Below, piece after piece: positions 10,036 to 19,796 of a stretch of DNA of 64,000 nucleotides. Below the pieces are notes generated by a model. That model was not told where the DNA came from. It saw nothing but the letters and a program-made list of their open reading frames with translations, and made no database searches. Source of the DNA: a virus; the IMG/VR virus record IMGVR_UViG_3300027917_000041, positions 1 through 64,000 of that record, one strand, 5' to 3'. Made by a program: the position numbers and the translations under genes. The first letter of the stretch is position 1, and each line of letters opens with the position of its first letter.

Positions 10036-10064
10036 ATTATACCATATTTTTAGTTATTTGTCAA
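10036..10064 (-). promoter_or_regulatory. sigma70-type promoter
   Basis: TTGACA-17-TATAAT, TGn extended -10. Confidence 0.8.
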
Positions 10065-10309
10065 GTCTTTTTTCTAGCAGCTTTTAAATTACCTAAGCGA
10101 AATGTAGCAGAACCTAGAATTCTACTTCCGGTTACTTCAAAGTGCATAGCTGCCACATCAACCAATTCCCCTACAGTATAAATACAGTCATGAGGTAAAT
10201 CTAAGACACTAGCAATATCATTTACTGCTTGGTCATAAGTAAGTACCTCAAGACTGTCTTTATTTTCCATCCAATCCATCCTTCGTATAGGAAATTCAAT
10301 TTCTATCAT
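10061..10309 (-). CDS. hypothetical protein
   Basis: ORF with GGAG RBS. Confidence 0.6.
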   Translation of the reverse strand: MIEIEFPIRRMDWMENKDSLEVLTYDQAVNDIASVLDLPHDCIYTVGELVDVAAMHFEVTGSRILGSATFRLGNLKAARKKT

Positions 10310-10311
10310 TA

Positions 10312-10614
10312 TTACTCCTGCGGAAACAAATCGTTTACCGCTGTCATCACTTCGAGTAATCGTACAAAATCAGCCCAACTAAGCGTCATATCCTCAGAAC
10401 CAACCACTAGATTGAAAGTCAATTCATGGCTATACCTCTCCACCAGCCCAAACTCGTCCATGTTGTCATTTTTCTCATAGGCTAATACTCGAACATGATC
10501 CTTTTGAATTAGTAATACACCTTTATGTGTCATTTTTTCCACTATCTTTACTCCTATCAATAGATTTCCAAGGTTTCTTACGTCTATTATACAGTAATTC
10601 TTGGGTATTGTCAA
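10312..10614 (-). CDS. hypothetical protein (start uncertain)
   Basis: ORF in operon. Confidence 0.5.
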   Translation of the reverse strand: MTIPKNYCIIDVRNLGNLLIGVKIVEKMTHKGVLLIQKDHVRVLAYEKNDNMDEFGLVERYSHELTFNLVVGSEDMTLSWADFVRLLEVMTAVNDLFPQE

Positions 10615-10744
10615 CCAATGTTAGCTCCCCACCCGGAATTCGGACATATGTCTTTTGACATAGATCACACCAAAGAAAGGGTACTCCACCTTCGGGTTTG
10701 TAAGTCATACAACCTTTACATGTAGGACATTTTTTAGTAATCAT
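10523..10744 (-). CDS. zinc-ribbon protein
   Basis: CPTC...CDLC; start at ATG 10744. Confidence 0.6.
   Translation of the reverse strand: MITKKCPTCKGCMTYKPEGGVPFLWCDLCQKTYVRIPGGELTLVDNTQELLYNRRKKPWKSIDRSKDSGKNDT
10586..10614 (-). promoter_or_regulatory. sigma70-type promoter inside CDS
   Basis: TTGACA-17-TATAAT. Confidence 0.7.
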
Positions 10745-10910
10745 GACAATCAGGATAGGTTTCATCGGGTGGAGTTTCCCCCACCCTTTGTATGAAACCA
10801 TTTCTATATAAGAAATACTCTGCAATATTTATTGAGAACCAAGTTTTGCAAATTAAAAACCCCGCAATTAAACTTGCAATCGCTAAAATAATAACTTGAG
10901 TATTATCCAT
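10734..10910 (-). CDS. small membrane protein (58 aa, not in ORF track)
   Basis: MDNTQVIILAIASLIAGFLICK...; overlaps both neighbours. Confidence 0.55.
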   Translation of the reverse strand: MDNTQVIILAIASLIAGFLICKTWFSINIAEYFLYRNGFIQRVGETPPDETYPDCHDY

Positions 10911-11661
10911 TTAGCTTTCTCCTACCAAAGTTAGCCGCAAATGCTAGGAATGTAAGTACAATTCCCAATACAGCAAACTGCATTAGCCCAAAGCCTTCGT
11001 CAAAGAAACCAGTTTTAGGTAACTCTTGTGGAGGCGTTGGAGTTGGCTTTTTCTTCTCTGGTGGGTTTGTAGGTGTCTCCGATGGCTCATTTGTCTGTGT
11101 TGGTGTCGTAGTAGGAGAGTCTGTCGGAGCTGGTGTCTCCGTAACCTCGGGCGTGTTTGTAGGTTTAGGAGTTGGTGTCCAAGTTTCCTCGGGATTTTCA
11201 GTAGGAGTGGGTGTCTCCGATGGTTCATTTGTTGGTGTTGGTGTTGGTGGAACTGGTGTTTCTGTAGGAGTTTCCGTTGGAACTTCTGTAGGAGTTTCCG
11301 TTGGAACTTCTGTAGCTGTTGGCGTAATCGGTGTAGCTGTTGGTGTGACACCTAGTGGCTTAAACTTAGCCTCCAAATGTGAAATCTGCTGACAGGTAGG
11401 GCTAGGGTATCCAGTCAAACTTACAGACGCTTTTGTTCTAGCCCCATTAAAGTTAGCAGTGTAGCAACCATCTGTACCACTTTCAGTAAAGCCAAAACAA
11501 CCTTGTCCAGCTTTTACCCATATCTTTTGTATTGTGTAGCCATCTGGGGCTAATGCTGGATTGCCTACATGCTCACCACCGCAGTGACTAGCTTCAGCTT
11601 CACCAAATGCCACCCCAAGAAACGCTATTACTAGTAAACTTGCTATTAATAGTTTCTTCAT
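10903..11661 (-). CDS. secreted Pro/Thr-rich surface protein with LPxTG sorting signal
   Basis: Signal peptide, Cys-containing domain, (PTE/TP)n linker, LPKTG + TM helix + RRK tail. Confidence 0.85.
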   Translation of the reverse strand: MKKLLIASLLVIAFLGVAFGEAEASHCGGEHVGNPALAPDGYTIQKIWVKAGQGCFGFTESGTDGCYTANFNGARTKASVSLTGYPSPTCQQISHLEAKFKPLGVTPTATPITPTATEVPTETPTEVPTETPTETPVPPTPTPTNEPSETPTPTENPEETWTPTPKPTNTPEVTETPAPTDSPTTTPTQTNEPSETPTNPPEKKKPTPTPPQELPKTGFFDEGFGLMQFAVLGIVLTFLAFAANFGRRKLNG

Positions 11662-11755
11662 TTTTATCCTCTTTTCTAAAGGGGGGAGAGAAAGCTAGTA
11701 CTCGGTTTAACGTGTTAGGCTCTCCGACTTCTATAACCGCCTCTCCCCGTTTAAA

Positions 11756-12094
11756 TTATCCTCCAACTTCCTCGTTTTTAAGCCCTCTAGCATAATCCTT
11801 CAAAGGCTGTAGACCTGCATTATACCCAACCAATGAGATTAGGGATGCAAGAAAGACTTGGAGAATTGAACGACCCCAACCTAGCCAATCGGCAGGTAGG
11901 GCAAAACCCTCGAATCCTAGTAATGCCAATAGAGGCACTACAAGAATATTCAGTACCGGAAGTGCTACTACATAAAACTTAGCAGGGAAATCAAATTCGG
12001 GATTCTTCAAAATCCAATTACGAAGAACCCACTTAGCACCCTCCAAAAGTAAAATAGAAACACCACCAGCAGTAACTAAAGTCAAACTATCCAT
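11756..12094 (-). CDS. membrane protein, holin-like
   Basis: 112 aa with about three hydrophobic segments. Confidence 0.55.
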   Translation of the reverse strand: MDSLTLVTAGGVSILLLEGAKWVLRNWILKNPEFDFPAKFYVVALPVLNILVVPLLALLGFEGFALPADWLGWGRSILQVFLASLISLVGYNAGLQPLKDYARGLKNEEVGG

Positions 12095-12096
12095 TA

Positions 12097-12714
12097 TTAA
12101 ACCTCCGTCTTTTCAAATACGTTGTTAACAACTAATCTAGCAGACATCTTGAGAGTTTCCAGACTACCCTCGTTGTCAATGAGTATGTCGAAATCTTCAT
12201 AATCATCTAATTCAACTTCGGATATATCCAGAGCTTCGGGTGTGCCAGCTAGAATTTCCCGGCTAGGTGCAACTATCCTTACGGTATAAATTCGCCTAGC
12301 TAGATTATTGTGTTCTTTTATAAAAGTAACTTCATTCTTAAAACGCCAATCATCGATAAAGGCATATTTTAATCTGCCCTGAAAATGATAATTAGTATCT
12401 TCAATACCCTTCCAAGCTTTAGCAATCCAAACGTCAGGATTGTATGCTCTACCTACCTGTCCCACACTTTGTAATAAACGTCTACCAGCTACGTCTTTTT
12501 GACCGTCCCAACCCATAGTTGAAGCTACGGATTTAACACCTAAAGCAATCGGCATAGTCATTATGATCATATCTGGATTATCTTCTTTTACCACTTCGCC
12601 TAGAAGCTGTGCAAACGTAGTCTTACCTACGCCAGCATGTCCAGAAATCATAACTATAGCTGGTCTTGTCTCACCCCATTCTTGTGTGAGTGTATCTAAA
12701 AACGTATTCTCCAT
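12097..12714 (-). CDS. deoxynucleoside monophosphate kinase
   Basis: GHAGVGKT P-loop, RRLLQ.VG..GR, IDDWRF.NE, SE..LD. Confidence 0.85.
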   Translation of the reverse strand: MENTFLDTLTQEWGETRPAIVMISGHAGVGKTTFAQLLGEVVKEDNPDMIIMTMPIALGVKSVASTMGWDGQKDVAGRRLLQSVGQVGRAYNPDVWIAKAWKGIEDTNYHFQGRLKYAFIDDWRFKNEVTFIKEHNNLARRIYTVRIVAPSREILAGTPEALDISEVELDDYEDFDILIDNEGSLETLKMSARLVVNNVFEKTEV

Positions 12715-12728
12715 GTAATGTTCCTTTC

Positions 12729-12926
12729 CTATTCAGTGTAGTATTCTTCTAAAATACCTTTTAGTACCTCTGGACTCATATAACCTAATTTCAATAAATC
12801 CAATAGAATATTAGCCAAAGTTGGAATAGAAATAACTATTCCGGTTGTAGACGCTATAAATGTGCGTTCACCTTTATTCTTCTGGATTGAAACAGAATTT
12901 AGACCGTGTAATTTAATTATCCTCAT
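12729..12926 (-). CDS. hypothetical protein
   Basis: ORF in operon. Confidence 0.55.
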   Translation of the reverse strand: MRIIKLHGLNSVSIQKNKGERTFIASTTGIVISIPTLANILLDLLKLGYMSPEVLKGILEEYYTE

Positions 12927-12927
12927 T

Positions 12928-13629
12928 TTAGCCTTCCTTTTCAATACTCTTATAGTGCCATTCTGGATATTCTTCGCCAACAACCGGAAATGGAAACGCT
13001 GACGTTGCTACGGGTTTGGGTATGTTATCCCATTCCCAATGTAACCAGTCCAATTGAGGTCTACCATCAAAACCATTTTTCCAGATAAAAATACCATAAG
13101 CCGTATCATCTGTTTTTCTATCACCTGTGAAGCTAATACGTCTAGTGGACACGAATACTTTATAAATCGGTGAATGCGTCCATAAAGTCTTATAACGCTT
13201 TAAACTTTCAAGCATAGCCAAACGTAATAAGAATACTAATTGCCCATTTGGAGCTAACAATTCTAAACTTTTATCAATAAACTCGTGTGCTACTTTGTAA
13301 GGCGGATTCCCCATGATAAGATCATAGCGATTTTCGGTTTCCCATTCTAAATAATCGGCAAAATGCCATTCATTATATAGATTGTGGAACTCTGTATGAT
13401 CTACAAATTCATGTGGCGGTTGGATTTCGACACCTGTAATGTGTGCCACAGGGTTATAAATTCTAAGTGCTTTAGCCCAAATTCCAGAACCAGCACCGGG
13501 ATCGAGAGCGTACCTTACATGTCCAACATCACAAGGTATATTATACATTGTAGTAGCTGCGACTTCGAGAGGCGTTTCATAGAAATCATGTTCCCGCCTC
13601 TCTCTGCCGTTTTCTTTTATTATTGTCAT
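12928..13629 (-). CDS. DNA N6-adenine methyltransferase (gamma-like)
   Basis: DFYETP, DPGAGSG, NPPY. Confidence 0.85.
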   Translation of the reverse strand: MTIIKENGRERREHDFYETPLEVAATTMYNIPCDVGHVRYALDPGAGSGIWAKALRIYNPVAHITGVEIQPPHEFVDHTEFHNLYNEWHFADYLEWETENRYDLIMGNPPYKVAHEFIDKSLELLAPNGQLVFLLRLAMLESLKRYKTLWTHSPIYKVFVSTRRISFTGDRKTDDTAYGIFIWKNGFDGRPQLDWLHWEWDNIPKPVATSAFPFPVVGEEYPEWHYKSIEKEG

Positions 13630-13928
13630 TAGTTTAGTAGCTCACCACCAATACCGATGATTGGTTCTTCATCCAGTTCACTGAAAAGGTCGTGATTCCG
13701 TGCTACTAAATACCCTTCCATGGATAGAAATACCTCAGCCAATGCAACATCAAGAGTCTTAGCACTAGCACTCATTGTTACTGTTTTGGATTCCCATTCA
13801 CTTTCGTTATCTACTCTACGACTCTGTACAAGATTTTGACTGACTTTCCAAAATCCAGTAGATTCTAGTTTAGCGTTTAGTTCACTGGATTGTTTCACTT
13901 CGGTGAATTCTATCTCGTCCTTTGCCAT
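13629..13928 (-). CDS. hypothetical protein
   Basis: ATG 13928 with AGGAG RBS. Confidence 0.65.
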   Translation of the reverse strand: MAKDEIEFTEVKQSSELNAKLESTGFWKVSQNLVQSRRVDNESEWESKTVTMSASAKTLDVALAEVFLSMEGYLVARNHDLFSELDEEPIIGIGGELLN

Positions 13929-13938
13929 TATTTTTCTC

Positions 13939-14634
13939 CTATATACTTGTTCTAATCCACTTACGGAAGGGCATAATCTTATCATGCAATGCCTCTAAGA
14001 TTTCCACATCCGCTACGTTATGGTCAATAACTTTCTTTAAAGCTTTAGTATTTCCATACTTAGCCATTCTCCAATCACGTCTTTCGATTGGTGTTTTACC
14101 GCTAATACCAAAATAGTCACAAGCATTGTCTAAGCTATTACGTGACAAGTGGAACTTATTTCGGATTGTGTAGTAAAGGTCATGGTGGTAATATGTACCA
14201 TATGCAGGAAAATCCAAACCATAGTGTACAGCCTTAGCACGAATGAATGGTAAATCAAAACCTGTACCATAATATGTAACCCAAATCTTGTGCTTACTTA
14301 GTTCTTCAATACAAGCTTCCACCAAATCCTTATCTACAGCTTCTTCCCTAAATAGTTCTTTCTTGGTAATAACCCCGTAAGTTGTTATTCCGTCTTTTGG
14401 TCTAATAGCCCAACTTAACATCGTAGCCCAATCTACTTTCAGACCATCAGCTTCAATGTCAAAATAACAAAAGTTGTGTTCTGGATATGTCCACCAAGGC
14501 GTTCTAGTGATCCGTTCCCATTCCCTATCATTCTCAAAATCGAATTTTACTTTCCCCTCAGCGAAACACTTAGGATGTTCTTCAAAAGTGTGACGGTGTA
14601 TACATCTTACGTCTTTAGTACGTTGCTTTGTCAT
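13939..14634 (-). CDS. DnaQ/RNase H-like 3'-5' exonuclease
   Basis: FDIE, YYG..FDLPF, HN..DV (ExoI-III). Confidence 0.8.
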   Translation of the reverse strand: MTKQRTKDVRCIHRHTFEEHPKCFAEGKVKFDFENDREWERITRTPWWTYPEHNFCYFDIEADGLKVDWATMLSWAIRPKDGITTYGVITKKELFREEAVDKDLVEACIEELSKHKIWVTYYGTGFDLPFIRAKAVHYGLDFPAYGTYYHHDLYYTIRNKFHLSRNSLDNACDYFGISGKTPIERRDWRMAKYGNTKALKKVIDHNVADVEILEALHDKIMPFRKWIRTSI

Positions 14635-15154
14635 TTATTAATCTCCTAATCCGAGTCCTGCGAGAATTTTGCATGTACCGTAATACCTTATTTCTTTGTT
14701 TTTCATCTAAATTGTATTTATCACTCATATACTTTAGGTATCCTGCATCGGTAAAGTGTCCTTGCAGCTCGTATGATATTTTATTACACGTAGTAGAAAA
14801 CCTTCTTATCAATAAATTTACGTCGGTCTGCTCTCTATGTGCCATTTCAACTAGGCTATCACCACTGGATAACACATTTAGTACTTCGATATCTAGTAGG
14901 TCTATTTCTTTTTGCTTATACAGTTCCTTCACAGCCTTTTCGACCATTAGAATATCATTAAACATGGGATTGTACAAATCAGTATCTATAAAAACCCTAA
15001 CATGTGCATCTAAGCCTGACATACCGCCAACTTTATTCAGTATTCGTAAAGCGTCAGGACTTTCCCCATCGTCGGACTCAATTATAAATCCGTCACTAAA
15101 CTGTTGTTTTATACGTTCTCTATCTAATACCAGTGATTCTACATACCAAGCCAT
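14615..15154 (-). CDS. hypothetical protein
   Basis: coupled ORF. Confidence 0.6.
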   Translation of the reverse strand: MAWYVESLVLDRERIKQQFSDGFIIESDDGESPDALRILNKVGGMSGLDAHVRVFIDTDLYNPMFNDILMVEKAVKELYKQKEIDLLDIEVLNVLSSGDSLVEMAHREQTDVNLLIRRFSTTCNKISYELQGHFTDAGYLKYMSDKYNLDEKQRNKVLRYMQNSRRTRIRRLINDKATY

Positions 15155-15162
15155 AGTGTTTC

Positions 15163-15897
15163 TTAGAACCTCACATCCTCTACTTCTTCATCTTCCTCTC
15201 TAATGAGGTCTAAACCAGTATCTTTATCACACAGATGACTAAATGAACAGTTCTTGCAAGCATTCCATGTATAAAAACCATTTCTAGGAAAGCTACCCCG
15301 TTCAATAGCTTCAAGCATATCGGGTATCACTTCGTTGTACAATGTATCCGTATAGACTTGATTAGGTTCGTAAATGCTTAGCTTGCCTGTGGGCAATGTT
15401 GCTAAGACAGCCTTCGGGTAAACTCCGTATTCCGTAAAATAGGAGTTATAATACAAAATCATCTGAGTGTCAGCGGACAGGTTTTGTGGTGTCCATTTAC
15501 CTGTTTTCCAGTCGATAATAGTATGCTCAGGGGTAATGCGGTCGTACTTCCCTGAGATATAAATACCTTTATCGTATTCAACCTTAAAGAATTTCTCCGT
15601 AATATCTTCAGCACTCGCTAGATGCTTAAAATTCTTAAAATAGCTCTGGATATCGGTAAGTACTTTGCCTTTCCATTGCTCTGTCAGCTTCCAGACTTCC
15701 GATTGGGCAATACCGTACTTAATTGCTTTATCATGGTCATTCCAGAACTTCTCTAATGCATTGTGGACTATGATACCTACCGTCATGTACACACTACTTT
15801 TAGCTTGCTTATTAAAGTTCAAGCGATAATAGTAACGCTTTCGACATGAGATAAAATCATCAATAGCCGACTTACTTAAGTAAAGTGGTCGTTTCAT
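15163..15897 (-). CDS. PD-(D/E)XK Cas4/RecB-like nuclease
   Basis: LS.S....F..C, G...H..LE, G.YD, DWKTG, Q...Y, C..C....C. Confidence 0.85.
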   Translation of the reverse strand: MKRPLYLSKSAIDDFISCRKRYYYRLNFNKQAKSSVYMTVGIIVHNALEKFWNDHDKAIKYGIAQSEVWKLTEQWKGKVLTDIQSYFKNFKHLASAEDITEKFFKVEYDKGIYISGKYDRITPEHTIIDWKTGKWTPQNLSADTQMILYYNSYFTEYGVYPKAVLATLPTGKLSIYEPNQVYTDTLYNEVIPDMLEAIERGSFPRNGFYTWNACKNCSFSHLCDKDTGLDLIREEDEEVEDVRF

Positions 15898-16226
15898 GAT
15901 AGCGTCAACCTTTTATTAGCCTCGACTGTACGCCAAACATCTACCATTGATTGTGAAATAGCCAGCTTTGCTTTCTCTTGGTCTAACACAGCTTCCTTCT
16001 CTGCTAGTTCTTCACGCTTAGGTAGAATTTCATCATCAAAACCAGCGTACTTATATGCGCCCTCAATCCTATTTACGGGCATTCCCTCTTCCACGCCGCG
16101 CCTTACTGCCTGTACTTCCATATGTTTGATAGTGATTTTAAGTTTTGATACCTCTACTGCTAACCCTGCAATTTTATCAACTGCGTGCATCATTTCCTCA
16201 AAATCGGGTAATGCTATGTCAGTCAT
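15894..16226 (-). CDS. hypothetical coiled-coil protein
   Basis: ATG 16226 with GGAG RBS. Confidence 0.6.
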   Translation of the reverse strand: MTDIALPDFEEMMHAVDKIAGLAVEVSKLKITIKHMEVQAVRRGVEEGMPVNRIEGAYKYAGFDDEILPKREELAEKEAVLDQEKAKLAISQSMVDVWRTVEANKRLTLS

Positions 16227-16605
16227 AGTATTCAATCTCCTCTCTAATAACCTCATATTTCTTACAAATTTTGTAAGATAGTCCTATTATATCATAATTT
16301 AGTAAGTTTGTCAAGCTCCAAATATTCATTTCGTACAATTCGTAGTTTCCCTGAGTCGTTTGATAAATACGCCACGGATTCAAATCTAAATCTATTAGCC
16401 ACCCCTTGAAACCGTAATACTTAAACAAAATATCCTCTACAGCTTCTTCACTTATATCGCTGAAATATGCTATTTTAGCGTTAGATAAACCGTGTACGCA
16501 CAGCTTTAGTACGTTAAGTACGGAAATATAGTCTATAATTATCTCCGGTATACTACTTTTTACGCTTATCCAATTTCTGATGTCTTTCCAGTGTTCGTTT
16601 TCCAT
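16219..16605 (-). CDS. hypothetical protein (possible HTH)
   Basis: GLSNAKIA....ISEEAV..IL pattern. Confidence 0.55.
   Translation of the reverse strand: MENEHWKDIRNWISVKSSIPEIIIDYISVLNVLKLCVHGLSNAKIAYFSDISEEAVEDILFKYYGFKGWLIDLDLNPWRIYQTTQGNYELYEMNIWSLTNLLNYDIIGLSYKICKKYEVIREEIEYYD
16286..16314 (-). promoter_or_regulatory. sigma70-type promoter inside CDS
   Basis: TTGACA-17-TATAAT, TGn extended -10. Confidence 0.75.
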
Positions 16606-17018
16606 ATCGTTTTATCTAACTCATATTTTAAATCGTCAATGCGATTCATAATTTCTGCAAATGCATCTATGTCCAACATCACGAATACTTGTGTACCGCT
16701 ACGTGAACCTGAGAATTTACAGATTAATGCTGGAATAGAGTAGGTAGCTTCTGCCTCAGTTCGTATTTTGTCAAACCAAGCCTTCTGCACAGTCATTTGT
16801 TTAGCACCACCATACCCCACTTTGGCATCTAAACGAAAACCTTTGGGAAATGCAGGAATGTTCTTACCAACAACATCACCCTGCAAAGTTGGTTCTTCAA
16901 GTATCGCACCCAAAGCTCCGCTACCTGCTACTCTTTTCCATTCACCGATAACTTTTTCGTTCAATAACTTTGCCGCGTCACGTTCCCACTGTGAACCTTT
17001 GCGTTTTGAATTTACCAT
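16566..17018 (-). CDS. Holliday junction resolvase (Hjc-like)
   Basis: SKRKG..WER, SGA, GD, D.K. Confidence 0.75.
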   Translation of the reverse strand: MVNSKRKGSQWERDAAKLLNEKVIGEWKRVAGSGALGAILEEPTLQGDVVGKNIPAFPKGFRLDAKVGYGGAKQMTVQKAWFDKIRTEAEATYSIPALICKFSGSRSGTQVFVMLDIDAFAEIMNRIDDLKYELDKTIWKTNTGKTSEIG

Positions 17019-18323
17019 TTAGAAATCTTCTGCCATTTCTATTAGGTTGGATTCTAAGACCATTTCTAAAGGTATTAAACCCGTTGCACCATTTCTATGC
17101 TTTCTAACTAGCATTTCAAGAGCAACTCGAACATTTGGCTTTGGTTTACCTTTCTGATACATATCCGGTCTGTATAACATACCAACCAAATCAGCATCCT
17201 CCTCAATATTTCCTGATTGTCTTAGGTCTGCCAAAGTAGGACGCTTATCGTCACGCAACTCTAAGTTTCTGTTTAGCTGAGATAGTATCACGCTTTGTAT
17301 CTTCAACTTACGAGATAGTATCTTCATTTCAGCCATAACACGACCTAATTCCATTGTTTGATTTTCATTTCTTGCTACCATTAATTGCAGATAGTCTATA
17401 TAGGCTACCTTGATACCATAAATTTTATTATACTTTTTAACAGTAGACTTTACATATGTAATGTCCATTCCCGGCGTAGTGTCAATATACAAAGGTAGCT
17501 TTTCAAATTCAGCTATTGCATCCTTGTATATTCCAAATTCTTCCGGTGTTATATTACCTAATCTTAGTCTTGTAAGGTTAATACCAGTATGTGTAGCTAC
17601 CATTCTATCTAGCAAAGCTTGATTATCCATTTCCAGCTCTAGCATGATTGAAGGTATGCCGTCTAGAGCACCCCGCAAAGCGGAGTTTATCATCATTGCT
17701 GTTTTACCTACACTTGGTCTAGCTGCCCAAACCCAAATCATACCTTCTTGATAACCACCAGTTAGCAAATCCAAGCCATTGAAACCCGTTGTTGTCTCAA
17801 TATAGTTAGGATTTTCCATCCTTTGTTCCATGATCTGTAAAGCGTTGGGTGCTAGGTCTGCCATACTAGCAGTACCCTTACCACCTGTTACATCATCAAT
17901 TCTATCTAAGTCTAACTTAGCATTTAGTAGAACGTCATCGACAACCGTTGCATCTGTAAGTTGACCCGGTATTCTCGAAGCCACCGCTATCAACTCTCTT
18001 TTCTTATATGCTTTGTTTACAATATTACAGTATTCTTCCAGATTGTCCGTTACATAATTATCTTCAAGTATTGTTTGAAAGAATGAGATATCTACCTGAT
18101 TTTCTAACTTAGCACTTTCATTTATCTTGACTTCAATCAATGCTCTATCAGGTACTAGCCCATCGTTTACAAGACTCATAATAAGGTCGAATAGTCTTGT
18201 GTGGCTAATTGACGAAAACATGTACGGCTTTATGTGCTGTACTTCAAAAGCCATTTCTGGATTATTTGTGATTATGTTTAGTACTGCGTTTTCAGCCTCA
18301 TATGTTGATACATTACTTGACAT
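17019..18323 (-). CDS. dnaB: replicative DNA helicase
   Basis: AARPSVGKT, LEM, IDYLQL, SQLNR, DLRQSG.IEEDAD, KHRNG. Confidence 0.95.
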   Translation of the reverse strand: MSSNVSTYEAENAVLNIITNNPEMAFEVQHIKPYMFSSISHTRLFDLIMSLVNDGLVPDRALIEVKINESAKLENQVDISFFQTILEDNYVTDNLEEYCNIVNKAYKKRELIAVASRIPGQLTDATVVDDVLLNAKLDLDRIDDVTGGKGTASMADLAPNALQIMEQRMENPNYIETTTGFNGLDLLTGGYQEGMIWVWAARPSVGKTAMMINSALRGALDGIPSIMLELEMDNQALLDRMVATHTGINLTRLRLGNITPEEFGIYKDAIAEFEKLPLYIDTTPGMDITYVKSTVKKYNKIYGIKVAYIDYLQLMVARNENQTMELGRVMAEMKILSRKLKIQSVILSQLNRNLELRDDKRPTLADLRQSGNIEEDADLVGMLYRPDMYQKGKPKPNVRVALEMLVRKHRNGATGLIPLEMVLESNLIEMAEDF

Positions 18324-18654
18324 GTGCCAACTCTCGCATAAAGTCAGATAAGTCTACCATATCCGGTTGATTTTCTGACGCTTGTTTGTGTATGTATCTA
18401 CGCTCAGAAATTTTGTAGATAATGGGTATAATGTTACGAGTTGGCGTAAAACCGTTCCAATCACATAAATCACAAATAGAATTAAATACTACTTCTGCAC
18501 CAAATTCTTTAACAACCTTATACATTCCTGTAAGGTTCGCCTTGTAAAATGGTTGACCAAACAAATCTCTATAAAAGTTATGCAGATGCTTGGCTGGATT
18601 CTTTGTACGTTGTAATCCAATCCAATAACTTTGTATAATTTGTTCCTGTGTCAC
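18313..18654 (-). CDS. hypothetical protein
   Basis: GTG 18654 after AAGGAGGT RBS. Confidence 0.6.
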   Translation of the reverse strand: MTQEQIIQSYWIGLQRTKNPAKHLHNFYRDLFGQPFYKANLTGMYKVVKEFGAEVVFNSICDLCDWNGFTPTRNIIPIIYKISERRYIHKQASENQPDMVDLSDFMRELAHVK

Positions 18655-18674
18655 ACCTACCTCCTTACGGGAGA

Positions 18675-18694
18675 GGGGAGGCTTTCGCCTCCCC
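18675..18694 (-). terminator. GC-rich hairpin after ssb (attenuator or stability element)
   Basis: GGGGAGGC-GAAA-GCCTCCCC; weak U tract. Confidence 0.55.
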
Positions 18695-18701
18695 AACTCT
18701 A

Positions 18702-19484
18702 CTAGTTAGCAAATAAATCTTCTGTAGCTTCTTCTGCTGTAGCCTCTACATCTTCACTAGCTTCGACCTTGGCGGTAGCACGCCTACCAGCAAAGATATC
18801 ACGTAAAGATACGCCGGAAACAAGCTTTTCCATTTCCTCAAAACTAACTTCTGGCAAAATTTTAGTCACATCATACAACTGTTCAGGAGGAACTTCTACC
18901 TCGTCACGACCATCACCAACGAGGGCGATTGACTGTCTTTTATTGCCTGTACCTACAACTTGGAGTGTAATATCGAAATTCTGTACGCCGATTTCGTTAC
19001 CATCCTCGTCTGTAGTTGTACGCTGTTTTTCTACAAATTGTTCAAACAGTGTTTTACCACCTTGAATAACTCGTACTTCATTAAGCGGTGCAACTTCAAC
19101 ATCTTTCAACTCACCCTTCTGACATACCGGGCAAATATTAGCGAATTCACCACCAATGGCTTTAACTTCCTTACCGCATTCAGGGCAAACCTTGACAGGT
19201 GTACGATCTAATACGTTCATAAAGTATCGTATATTCAAGCCACGGTAGCCCTTTACCTTTTTGTAGTTATCAGGATTCTCCATCCTAATACGCTTATTTT
19301 GGATAGCCTGTGGGTCATCTGCACCCAAGGCTTTGACATGTCCACTTCCAAACCAATAACATAATTGAGCTGGAACGTCCTCGTCTAAGATACGAATGGT
19401 GTGTTCTCCGGGTGTCCAAACAAAATACTTGACACGCTGAAAATCTCCACCACCAAATTCTACAACTTCTACACTAAATGGCAT
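18702..19484 (-). CDS. single-stranded DNA-binding protein (gp32-like)
   Basis: G...IRIL, Y.MNV.DR, CxxC pairs, acidic C-terminus; located between recA and dnaB. Confidence 0.6.
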   Translation of the reverse strand: MPFSVEVVEFGGGDFQRVKYFVWTPGEHTIRILDEDVPAQLCYWFGSGHVKALGADDPQAIQNKRIRMENPDNYKKVKGYRGLNIRYFMNVLDRTPVKVCPECGKEVKAIGGEFANICPVCQKGELKDVEVAPLNEVRVIQGGKTLFEQFVEKQRTTTDEDGNEIGVQNFDITLQVVGTGNKRQSIALVGDGRDEVEVPPEQLYDVTKILPEVSFEEMEKLVSGVSLRDIFAGRRATAKVEASEDVEATAEEATEDLFAN

Positions 19485-19490
19485 TTTATT

Positions 19491-19793
19491 TTACTCCTCT
19501 GTGCTTTGAATTTCCTCTAATCGGGATTGTATATTAGCATAAACTTGAGCTTCTTTTTCTACCAAGAGTTCGAGTCTCCCCTCGTCAGTTTCCGAACCAT
19601 TGAGAATAAGAGCTTGTACACGATACTGATAATAAGCCTTGTCCATTTCTACGAGCTGTAATTCTCTTAAGAGTTTCATAGCATCTTCGTCCAAGACAAT
19701 TTCATCAGGAACATCGTTGATAAAGCTTGTCACCCTCAGTGATTTATAGTCACCAAGGTAAAAGACTCGCTCCAAACCTAACGTTCGTTTCAT
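19491..19793 (-). CDS. hypothetical protein
   Basis: ORF in operon. Confidence 0.6.
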   Translation of the reverse strand: MKRTLGLERVFYLGDYKSLRVTSFINDVPDEIVLDEDAMKLLRELQLVEMDKAYYQYRVQALILNGSETDEGRLELLVEKEAQVYANIQSRLEEIQSTEE

Positions 19794-19796
19794 ATC

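Noticed and set aside
10758-10799. Hairpin GGTTTCAT...ATGAAACC as a separate ncRNA
   Set aside because: It lies within a plausible 58-aa ORF and has no further support; at most an mRNA stability or attenuation hairpin.
10983-11392. Gln/His-rich and Trp/Cys-rich ORFs (10983, 11026, 11153)
   Set aside because: Alternative-frame and antisense shadows of the Pro/Thr repeat in the LPxTG gene.
15163-15897. CRISPR-Cas system suggested by the Cas4-like nuclease
   Set aside because: No repeat-spacer array or other cas genes; stand-alone Cas4-like nucleases are common in phage replication modules.
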